From: an uncultured Verrucomicrobiae bacterium
GTDB lineage: Bacteria; Verrucomicrobiota; Verrucomicrobiia; Chthoniobacterales; UBA10450
Assembly (NCBI GenBank): GCA_963726745.1
Contig: CAVSDR010000004.1
Span: forward strand, 256,001-320,000
Direction: 5' to 3'
Length of the DNA stretch: 64,000 bases
The translations under genes and the position numbers were made by a program. A model generated the notes under the pieces. That model searched no databases. It saw only the letters and a program-made list of their open reading frames with translations, and was not told the origin of the DNA. Numbering within the stretch: the first letter of the stretch is position 1; the number at the start of each line of letters is the position of its first letter. This document shows positions 46,266 through 56,100 of the stretch, piece after piece.

Positions 46266-49200
46266 TTAGGCAATGTTCTCCAACAGCGCCGCCGGGGCCT
46301 GGCCGCCAACTTTGACGTCGAGACCTAACGACTGCATTTCCTTGATGAGCACGTTGAAGCTTTCAGGCGTGCCCGCCTCGAGCGAGTTATCGCCCTTCAC
46401 AATCGACTCGTAGATGCGCGTGCGTCCTTGCACGTCATCCGATTTCACGGTCAGCAATTCCTGCAAGGTATAGGCTGCGCCATAGGCCTCGAGCGCCCAG
46501 ACCTCCATCTCGCCGAAGCGTTGGCCGCCATACTGCGCTTTACCGCCCAGCGGCTGCTGGGTCACGAGCGAGTAAGGTCCAACCGCGCGGGCGTGAATCT
46601 TGTCGGCCACCAAGTGGCCGAGCTTAAGCATGTAGATGTAACCGACTACGACTTCCTGGTCGAAGGTGTCACCGGTGCGACCGTCGTAGAGTCGGGCCTT
46701 GCCGGTTTCCTGCACCCAGGTAAAGCCGTCCACCTTCTTCGCCTCCTTGAGGTATTCGCGAATCTTGGTTTCGGGAATGCCGTCAAACACAGGCGTCGCC
46801 ACCTTGAAGCCGAGCGCTTTCGCGGCCACGCCAAGGTGAGTCTCGAGAACCTGGCCGACGTTCATGCGGCTGGGCACGCCCAGCGGGTTAAGCACGATTT
46901 CCACCGGCGTTCCATCCGCGAGGAAAGGCATGTCTTCTTCCGGCACAATCCGGGCGACGACGCCCTTGTTGCCGTGACGGCCGGCCATCTTGTCACCTAC
47001 CGACAGCTTGCGCTTCGAGGCGATGTAAACCTTCACCTGCTTGATAATGCCGGGGTCAATGTCGTCGCCGCTTTCGACGCGATCCATCGAGCGTTCCCGC
47101 TCGAGTTCGAGCTCGGCGAACTTGTGTTCGTAGGAGGCAATGATCTCGCGGATCTTGTTGCGGATCGGAGACGGATCGATCTCGATGTGATCGTAAACGT
47201 TGGCCAGCTTGCGCAGGAGCGTCTTGGTGATCTTGCGATTCGCCGGGATGATGATCTCGCCGGTCTCGGCGTTGACCACGTCGAGCGGGATTTTTTCACC
47301 CAGCAAGATGTTGGAGAGCGAGTCAGTCAGTTGCTCGGTCAGCTCTTCCTTCTTCTTCTTGTTGTCTTCCGTGATCGTCTTGAGCTGACGCTTCGTCTCC
47401 GTCGGCGTGAGCTTTTCGCGCGAACCGACTTCACGGCGCGACGAAACTTTCACGTCCATCACGATGCCGTAAGTGCCCGAGGGAACCGTGAGCGAGGTGT
47501 CCTTCACGTCGGCGGCTTTTTCGCCGAAAATGGCGCGCAGGAGGCGCTCTTCCGGCGCGAGTTCGGTCTCGCTCTTCGGTGTGATCTTGCCGACTAAAAT
47601 ATCGCCGGGCTTCACTTCCGCACCGACGCGCACAACGCCGTCCGTGCCGAGGTTGCGCAGCGCTTCTTCGGAAACGTTCGGGATGTCACGCGTGATCTCT
47701 TCCGGCCCCAGCTTGGTGTCACGGGCGCCGATCTCGAACTCGTCGATGTGGATCGAAGTGTAGATATCTTCCTTCACGACCTTCTCGGAGATCATGATGG
47801 CGTCCTCGAAGTTGTAGCCGTTCCACGGCATGAAGGCGACGAGGACATTCCGGCCAAGCGCGAGCTCGCCCTTGTCGGTGTTCGGGCCGTCCGCGATGAC
47901 TTGACCTTTCTTCACGTGCTGGCCTTTCTTCACGATCGGCTTCTGGTTCACACAGGTGCCGGCGTTCGAGCGCATGAACTTTCGCAGCTCATAGACGTGA
48001 ATGCCCGCTTCGTGGTCAGTCTTAAGCTTCTTCCGACTTTCCGGGAGGTGGCCGTCCTTCGTGACCACGATCTGGTCGGCGGTCACAGAAGCGACCTTGC
48101 CGGCTTCGATTGAAACCACGACTGCGTGCGAATCGCGCGCGACTTTGCCTTCAAGACCAGTGCCGACAAGCGGTGACTCGCTGACGATCAGCGGCACGCC
48201 CTGGCGCTGCATGTTCGAACCCATGAGCGCGCGGTTGGCGTCATCGTGTTCGAGGAACGGAATCAAGCCGGCGGCGACGGAGACAAGCTGCTTTGGCGAA
48301 ACGTCCATGTAGTGGACCTTGGAAGGTTCCACTTCGAGGAAGTCGCCCCGGTAACGCACCGAGACTTTCTCCTGCGTGAGATGACCCTTCGCGTCCATGG
48401 TCGCGTTCGCCTGCGCCACGAGGAAGTTTTCCTCGCGATCGCCAGTGAGGTAATCGACTTCGTCGGTCACGCGGCCGTTGGTTACCTTGCGGTAAGGCGT
48501 TTCGATGAAGCCGAATTCGTTGATCCGGGCAAAAGTAGACATCGAGCTGATGAGACCGATGTTCGGACCTTCCGGCGTCTCGATCGGACAAATGCGACCG
48601 TAGTGCGACGGATGCACGTCGCGGACTTCAAAGCCGGCGCGATCGCGCGAGAGGCCGCCCGGCCCGAGGGCCGAGAGACGACGCTTGTGCGTCAACTCCG
48701 CGAGCGGATTCGTCTGATCCATGAACTGCGACAGCTGCGAGCGGCCGAAGAAATCGCGAATGACGGCGCTGAGCGCTTTCGGATTGATCAACTTCTGCGG
48801 CGTCATGCCATCGATGTTGATGTCAAACAAGGTCATGCGCTCCTTCACCAGACGCTCGGTGCGGGCAAGGCCTACGCGGCACTGGTTAGCCAGCAACTCG
48901 CCGACGGTGCGGACGCGACGGCTGCCAAGGTGATCGATGTCGTCCAGCGTGCCTTCGCCGCGGCGGAGACTAATGAGATACTTGATCGCGCCGATGAAAT
49001 CCTTGTCGGTCACGATGCGCTCGCCGAGATCGACGTCGATGCTCAGTTTCTGGTTGATCTTGTAACGACCCACGCGCCCGAGATCGTATTTCTTCGGATC
49101 GAAGAAGAGCCGCTTTGAGGAGCGCCTTGGCATTCGCCACCGTAGGCGGATCGCCAGGGCGGAGCTTGCGGTAAATATCCTTGAGCGCTTCTTCCTGGTC

Positions 49201-50079
49201 GTGCGCCGGGTCTTTCTTCAGCGCCTTGACCACGGTGTCGTCGTTCGAGATGTCGATCACCTTCACCTCTTTTTGCCCAAGGGTCATGATTTGGCGCACG
49301 GTCGCGGCAGTCAGCGGCTCAAAGGCGCGCGCCACGGTCGCCTCGCCGTCGAGCACGTCGGCAATCAGCACTTTGGTGGCGAGCTCTTCCTCACCGAGCT
49401 TCTCGCTCAGCTTGAGCGTCTCGATGTTATAGAAAAGTTTGATCACCTCTTCATCCGAACCGTAGCCGAGAGCGCGGAGGAAAGTGGTGGCGAGGAATTT
49501 CCGCCGGCGTTTGCGCCGATCGAGATAGATGTAAAGCAAATCACTGGTGTCGAACTGCACTTCGATCCAGGAGCCGCGATCCGGAATGATCCGGAAGCTG
49601 TAGAGCACCTTGCCGTTTAAGTGAATGCTCGACTCAAAAGCGATGCCTGGGGACCGATGGAGCTGCGAAACGACGACGCGCTCGGCGCCGTTGATCACAA
49701 AAGTGCCCTGCGGCGTCATGAGCGGGATTTCGCCCATGTAAACTTTCTCTTCCTTGGTTCCCTTCTCCTCGCGGAGCTGGAAAGTGACGTGCAGCGGCGC
49801 GCTAAAGGTCTGGCCTTCGCGCTGGGCCTCGAGCGCGCTCAGCTTCGGCTCGCCGATTTCGTAATGGCTGAAATCGAGCGTGGCCTTCTCGTCGTAGCTC
49901 TCGATCGGGAAAACTTCCTTGAACACGGCTTGCAGGCCGGACATTTTCCGCTTCGAAGCGGGCACGTCCTTCTGGAGGAAATCGACGTAGGAATTGAGCT
50001 GGACCTCGATGAGGTTCGGCGGCTCGATCGCCTCTTTGATGGTGCCGAAGTGGATACGTTCTGCGTTGCGTTCTGACAT
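46266..50079 (-). CDS. rpoB: RNA polymerase beta subunit; single apparent frameshift at ~49115
   Basis: N-terminal part '[17 protein letters not shown]'; C-terminal part '[12 protein letters not shown]' and '[17 protein letters not shown]'; removing one base restores '[16 protein letters not shown]'. Confidence 0.98.
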
Positions 50080-50164
50080 AAACGTGGGACCTGCAATCGT
50101 GAATCCGTCGGCAGGAGAGCCGCGGACTCTGGGGTTTATCGCATCGACCGGATGCGAAGACGAC

Positions 50165-50220
50165 AAAACTGGCAGCGAAACAGCAGGGTGTCAAATTGAC
50201 CACCGCTGTCCCGTTGCCAG
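50165..50220 (-). promoter_or_regulatory. Long stem-loop followed by a short U-tract in the rpoB leader
   Basis: Minus strand CTGGCAACG-GGACAGCGG...CTGCTGTTT-CGCTGCCAG-TTTT. Confidence 0.5.
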
Positions 50221-50292
50221 TTCTGATTTAAACCGTCTTGGAGAGTGCTAAAAATAGCGATTCGCTGACTTCTAACGAAGACAACCTTGGGC

Positions 50293-50339
50293 CAGACGCA
50301 AACGGCGCGCAAGGATTTTCTTGCGCGCCGCTGTGTCTG
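50293..50339 (-). terminator. Hairpin/terminator downstream of rplL
   Basis: CGGCGCGCAAG-N6-CTTGCGCGCCG with an extended CAGAC/GTCTG stem. Confidence 0.65.
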
Positions 50340-50349
50340 AAAGCGTTTG

Positions 50350-50733
50350 TTACTTGATCTCGACCTTGGCGCCGGCAGCCTCGATCTTCTTCTTGATCTC
50401 GTCGGCTTCGGCCTTGGTAACACCTTCCTTGATCGTCTTGGGAGCGCCCTCGACCAAAGCCTTCGCTTCGGCCAACCCGAGCCCGGGAACTGCGCCACGC
50501 ACTTCCTTGATGACTCCGATTTTGTTCGAGCCCATGTCGGTCAGGATGACGTCAAAAGCTGTCTTCTCTTCAGCTGCGGGAGCCGCAGCGCCACCGCCGC
50601 CAGCAGGTGCGGCCATCGCGACCGGAGCCGCGGCGCTCACGCCCCATTTTTCCTCGAGCTGTTTCACCAGGCCCGCGATTTCCAAAACGGTCAATCCGCT
50701 GAGCTGGTCCACCAATGCGTTTGTATCTGCCAT
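50350..50733 (-). CDS. rplL: 50S ribosomal protein L7/L12
   Basis: '[12 protein letters not shown]', 'EEKTAFDV', 'LGLAEAK'. Confidence 0.98.
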   Translation of the reverse strand: MADTNALVDQLSGLTVLEIAGLVKQLEEKWGVSAAAPVAMAAPAGGGGAAAPAAEEKTAFDVILTDMGSNKIGVIKEVRGAVPGLGLAEAKALVEGAPKTIKEGVTKAEADEIKKKIEAAGAKVEIK

Positions 50734-50859
50734 GTTCTTGTTTTTCCTCAGTTTGCCGCCTCCGGAAGCCTCCGGAGAATTGAACCCGGTAGCCACCGGG
50801 TCGGACAGTTGTTCTTGGTTGCTCGCCCCGCATCGGCAGGACGAAAGTCATTAAAGTCG

Positions 50860-51402
50860 TTAGGCTGCAGCCGCGGCTTCGGCGGGCTGGCCGCCACCCT
50901 GGTCGGCCTTGGCCTGCAGGACGCGGGCAAGCGCGGAAGCAGGTTCGTTCAAGACGCGCACAAGCTGCGTTGCCGGCATCTGGAAAAGTCCCAAGAGCTG
51001 GCCCAGGAGCACGTCTCGCGCGGGCAATTCTGCCAGCGCTTCCACGTCTGCGGTTGAGAGCACCTCTTTGTCAACCACGCCCACCTTGAGCGCCGCGATC
51101 TTAAATTCAGCGGCGAAGGTCTTGAGGATCTTTGCCACCGGCGCGACGTCGTTCTCGCCGATCACGACCGCCGTCTGGCCGGTCAATTGCCCGGCGACAT
51201 CCGGCATTCCGCTGTCGGCCATGGCGCGCTTCAGGAAGCTGTTCTTGACCACGCGCAGTTCGGCACCGGCCGGCATCAGGCGGCTGCGAAGTTCGCCAAA
51301 TTGGGTCACCTTCATCTTCTGGTAGTCGGTCACCAGCATAAACGGCGACTTCGCCAGTTTCTCGGAAAGGTCCGCGACGATGTTTGCTTTTTCAGGTCTC
51401 AT
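50860..51402 (-). CDS. rplJ: 50S ribosomal protein L10
   Basis: 'MRPEK', 'RVVKNS'; located between rplA and rplL. Confidence 0.95.
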   Translation of the reverse strand: MRPEKANIVADLSEKLAKSPFMLVTDYQKMKVTQFGELRSRLMPAGAELRVVKNSFLKRAMADSGMPDVAGQLTGQTAVVIGENDVAPVAKILKTFAAEFKIAALKVGVVDKEVLSTADVEALAELPARDVLLGQLLGLFQMPATQLVRVLNEPASALARVLQAKADQGGGQPAEAAAAA

Positions 51403-51417
51403 GTTTGCTCTCTCCGA

Positions 51418-52119
51418 TTAAATGCTGAGGTAAGGCGAAGGATCCACCGCGAGGCCGGGCGACATCGTCGCGCTGAGCGACATGCCCTCGACGAAGCGGC
51501 CCTTGGCTGTTGCTGGACGGGCGCGCACCACGGCTTCGATCACCGCGGTGCCGTTCTCGACCAGTTGGTCTTCCGCGAAAGAAAATTTACCCAGCGGGAC
51601 GGCGATATTGCCGTTCTTGTCGAGCTTAAATTCCACGCGGCCAGCCTTCACTTCGCGCACCGCGGTCGCGGTATCGTCGGTCACCGTGCCCGTCTTCGGG
51701 TTGGGCATCAGACCACGAGGACCGAGCACTTTGCCGAGCTTGCGCACTTCCGCCATCGCAGCCGGGGTCGCCACGGCGACGTCAAAATCTTGGAAGCCTT
51801 CCTGGCATTTCGCGATCATGTCCTTATAGCCGACATATTCAGCGCCGGCGTTCCGGGCCGCGGTCGCCGCGTCGCCTTCGGCGAAAACCAGCACTCGGAC
51901 CTGTTTGCCGCTGCCGTGTGGGAGCGGGCAAGTGCCGCGCACCATCTGGTCGGACTGCTTCGGATCCACCCCGAGGCGGAAAGACATGGTCACAGTCTGG
52001 TCGAACTTCGGCGCCGGAAGTTTCTTCAGCGTAGAGATGGCTTCCGGAAGATTGTAAGCCTTGGTGCGGTCGACTTGCTCGGCGGCCGCGCGATAACGTT
52101 TGCTGCGATTGTTTTGCAT
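51418..52119 (-). CDS. rplA: 50S ribosomal protein L1
   Basis: 'LGVDPKQSDQMVRG', 'LGPRGLMPNPKTGTVT'. Confidence 0.98.
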   Translation of the reverse strand: MQNNRSKRYRAAAEQVDRTKAYNLPEAISTLKKLPAPKFDQTVTMSFRLGVDPKQSDQMVRGTCPLPHGSGKQVRVLVFAEGDAATAARNAGAEYVGYKDMIAKCQEGFQDFDVAVATPAAMAEVRKLGKVLGPRGLMPNPKTGTVTDDTATAVREVKAGRVEFKLDKNGNIAVPLGKFSFAEDQLVENGTAVIEAVVRARPATAKGRFVEGMSLSATMSPGLAVDPSPYLSI

Positions 52120-52305
52120 AATGAAATCAGTCCGAACGAGCGGGATTGCTCTCCTGAAAAGGCCTGCTCCGGGAGGAGCGGGACGTGGAAAGTAGCGGGC
52201 CCTCCCTGATTGTCAAAACCGTTTTATGTCCCGGAGCGGGAAAGAAGAGAACCCGCGCGAAAGCATTGCCAAGGACGATCTGACTTTATAAAAACTGGAC
52301 ACACT

Positions 52306-53139
52306 ATGAACTCCCAGATCAAAACCCTCCTTGCCATAGCCGCGACTTCCGCCGGACTCACCTTCCCCTCCTTTGCGGCGCCGATCGATTTCGGCGAAGT
52401 CTCCCTGCTGGTGCGCGCCGGCGAGAGCCAGCCAGCCATCGCCCGCGAAGTTTCCCGTCGGAAACTCACCCATCCGCTCACCACCCAGGAAGAAACCAAG
52501 CTGAAAGCCCAAGGCGCGAGCGACTCGTTAGTCCAGCAGCTGCGGCAACCGGAAAACGCTCTCCCATCCGCAGAGGCTGCGGCCTACGACGCGCAACGCG
52601 AGCAACGCCGCGAAGCCGCGCGCACAAACGCGAACGACGAAAACGCCTCCACCCGGGGACCCCAGGTGCACGTCTTCAACGTTGCCTTCGGCCACCCGAT
52701 TAATCTCAGCCAATGGGGCGGCTACGACTACGAGATCGCCTTCCAATCCTTCCGCTACGCGGGCGAAACCCAGATCATCCCGGTGATGCTCGATCCCTAT
52801 CGCAGCATCACGGAAATTAGCCGACCAGTTCGCTTCACCAGCGAAGACGAAGCCTTCGCGAGCGATTACTTCCTCACCAACAGCGTGCGCAACAAGCGCT
52901 TCACTCCCTACAGTGCGCAGGGCGATTTCCGCGACCCGCGTCTGCAAAACAGCGACACCGTTTCGGTCAGCTCCACCAGCGCCTCGCGACCGCTCCCGAT
53001 CGATTGGCAAAACCCTACCTTCATCAAAGGCCAACCCTATGCCTTCTATCCGGTCTACGGCGCCGGCCAGGTCGCGCTCTATTACATCGGGCAGGCTAAC
53101 GACCGCACCGCGCGCGTGGCTATTGTCACGCGGCGGTGA
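52306..53139 (+). CDS. Secreted hypothetical protein
   Basis: Signal peptide ending 'PSFA-A'; small helical N-domain followed by a beta-rich region. Confidence 0.7.
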   Translation: MNSQIKTLLAIAATSAGLTFPSFAAPIDFGEVSLLVRAGESQPAIAREVSRRKLTHPLTTQEETKLKAQGASDSLVQQLRQPENALPSAEAAAYDAQREQRREAARTNANDENASTRGPQVHVFNVAFGHPINLSQWGGYDYEIAFQSFRYAGETQIIPVMLDPYRSITEISRPVRFTSEDEAFASDYFLTNSVRNKRFTPYSAQGDFRDPRLQNSDTVSVSSTSASRPLPIDWQNPTFIKGQPYAFYPVYGAGQVALYYIGQANDRTARVAIVTRR

Positions 53140-53154
53140 GGTCGCACCTTCGAG

Positions 53155-56100
53155 CTACGGCCGGACGATCGCAGTCGGCGGTGTGCTTGCACTCGTTAGG
53201 GCGAAGACCTCTACGATGCCCACCCCGGTGCCTCCGTTTTTCCCGCGCACGATTGCAGTCGAGGGGCCAGGCATGAAGTTGAAGATCAGCGCCGACTCGC
53301 GGTCGTCGGTTGGCGCCAGTCCGGTGCCTTCAATGTCTGCCTGCGCGACATCCTTCCAGTCGTCGTTCGAGGCGATGACGTCGCCAGCCGCGTTGTAGAC
53401 TTGCATCGTGGGATCTGCCAGGAGGCCGGTGAGCCCTGAGCTGGCGAGTGATGGGCCGCGCGCACGCAGGATTACCTTGGAAACGCCGCTACCGCCGGGC
53501 CCCACGATCAACCCAGCGATCAGCACTTCATCGCCGCTGCCGACGAAGCAACGTGTGCTGATGTTGCTCAAGCGGGCGCTGCTCGCCGTGCCCAGGTCGA
53601 AGACCTCCACCAGCCCGATGCCGGTAGTGTTGTGCGCCCCGGAAAGCACCGCGGTGTAAGCGCCAGGATCGAGCGTGGCCACGATCGCCGACTCGGAGTC
53701 GTGCGTCGGCGCGAGCATCGAATTTTCGATCTCAAGTTGCTGGCTGTCTTTCCAGTTATCGTTCATCGCCACGAGGGTGCCGCCGGCGTAGAGCTTGAGC
53801 AGCGGATCGGCCAGCACCGTGGAAAGGCCGCGTCCGCTCAGGGTCTGGCCCAGGCCGCGGATGATCACCTTCTTCGGTTCGCCGCCGGTGATGATGAAGC
53901 CGCCGATGCCCACCTTGTCTGCCGTGAGCACGCACAGGCGGCTGGAGAGATTAAGCAACGGCGCGCCCTGCACGATGGTGGCCTCGGCGACAAAAAAGCC
54001 GTCGATCAAGGTGGCGACCTCGCCGCCGGTGGTGAGCAGGATGCTGCGGAAGCCAATGGCTGCGCCGGAAGCGATCGAGATGCGCACCTTCGCATGCGTC
54101 GCATCCGTCACCGTGACCGAGAGCACCGTGATCCCATCGCCGAACGAGGCGGTGGTGGTGCCGTTGACGAAGCTCGTGTTCGAGCCGGTCACATCGACGT
54201 CGAGCACCTGGCCGCGCTCGCCGGCATTCGGAAGCGCGCCGATTAACTGCGGCACGACCGCCACGCTGCTATTCACAAAGAGCGCCCGCTGCTTGTCCTC
54301 CGTGGCGCCGTCGGTGGTCACATCCGCAGCGCGGAAACCGATTCGCGCCGACGGGTCCACTTCCACCATCGCCTCGATCAAGGTGGGCGAGAGGACCGTG
54401 CGTGACGTAATCGTGATCCCGTCGCCTAACGAGAGCATGGAAGTGTCCTTCCAGGCGGTGTTGATCCCGCGGACGGTGACTTTTTGCGCGGTGTTTTGGC
54501 TAACCGCGTTTGGTTCCACGCTTAATAGCGTGGGCGCGGTGATCTCCGGCACGATCTCGACCAGGTCGCGGCCCGCAGCAGTTTCGGTGGCGGAGCCGAG
54601 CGGAGTCTGCACGGTCACGTCGCGGAAGCCGAGCGTGGCGCTGGCATCGACATTCACCAAAACGGTAAGCCGCGTGGCGGTGGAGACCGTGACCGAGACG
54701 ACATCGATGCCCGTCCCGGCAAAGCTCACGGTGCTGCCCGTCCGCCAGTTCGTCCCGCGGCCGACGAGCTCGATCGCGAGCATCGTGCCCTGCGGCAGAT
54801 TATCGGAATCTGCCTGCAGCACGCTCGGTCCGAGGGTGCTCGACATGATGTTGAAGAGAGCGGCTTCGTATTCCGTGCGCGCGCCGGTATTCACGTCGTC
54901 GCGCACGATGAAAGCGCCGCCTGTTTCCGCCGACATGGTCGAGAAGAGCTGCACCGCCGAGGTCAGGAAAGCGAAGGCATCCTCCGCGACCTTGAGCCGA
55001 TAAGCCGAGGGTGTGCTGCTCGTGGAGCGCGTAACCGCGACGAAATAATCTCCCGAAACCGTCGGCCGGAAGGTCAATTGCGCCGGCCGGCTGCTAAATG
55101 GAGATCCACTTGTAATGAAGGTCGTCCCGTCGGTGTCGTAGAGCGTCACCAGCGGAGTCGTTCCGCCCTCGAGGAAAGCGGTCACAGCGTAGGGCCGGCC
55201 AGCTTCCAGATGCACCTGGAAATAGTCCGCCGCATCCGGTGCCAGGCCCACTAACCCGCGCACTTCCTCCTGGTTCACCAGCAGGGTGGTGGCAGTCGCC
55301 GGCGTGTCGCCGCCTTCATCCGGCGGCGGCTGGCCGGGGTCCACGATCGGGTCCTGGCCCGGGTCGTCATCGCCTGGTTTCGAGGGATAGATCCCGAAGC
55401 GCGTGGCGCCGGCGCCGCTAACGAACTGGATCTGCGGCGTGGCCGGGGCTGCATCCTCCGCCTGTGGCGGGTTCAGCGTGGCGCCGGCCATGATGCCAAC
55501 GCAATCGCCGGAAAGCACCGTGTTCATGGTCACGCGCTTGGCCCGCAATTGCGCCACGACCGCGCCATTATCCACGCCTGGCTGCGAGGAGGCGTCGGTC
55601 GCGAAAAGGATCGTGCCTCCCGGAGAGATGTTGCCGGCTGCCACCTGCAGCGCCTGCGCGCCCGCTTCCGGGCAATCGCCGCCGCCCGAGGCAAAGAGCG
55701 CGGCCACCGCGGAGCGCACGGCATCGAGGTTGTTCGAGGTGATCCGGGTGGTCACGTTATCCTTGAAGGTGATCAACTGAATCGTCGGCGGCGTGCCACC
55801 ACGCGCCGCGACCGCATCGATGAAGCTTTGCAGCGCACTCCGGACGCCGGCGATTTCTTCGCCCATGCTGCCGGTATCATCGATCACGAAGATGATCGAG
55901 ATGCCGCCGATGCTCCGCGCCCGGCTCCAATAATGGTCGAGCGTGCCGCCCGGCGTCACCGGCGCGCTGGTGTTCTTCCCTTCCACGACCCACTTCACCA
56001 CGCTGTCGCCTCCCACGATCGTGGCCCATTCAGCCATCGAAGGCGTGAAGGTGGTGACGTTCCCGAGTTCCTTCTCGAAGATGATCGAGCTGAAGTCGTT

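Noticed and set aside
46266..50166. Split rpoB or programmed frameshift
   Set aside because: A single extra base with no slippery heptamer or stimulatory structure, matching the window-wide indel error pattern.
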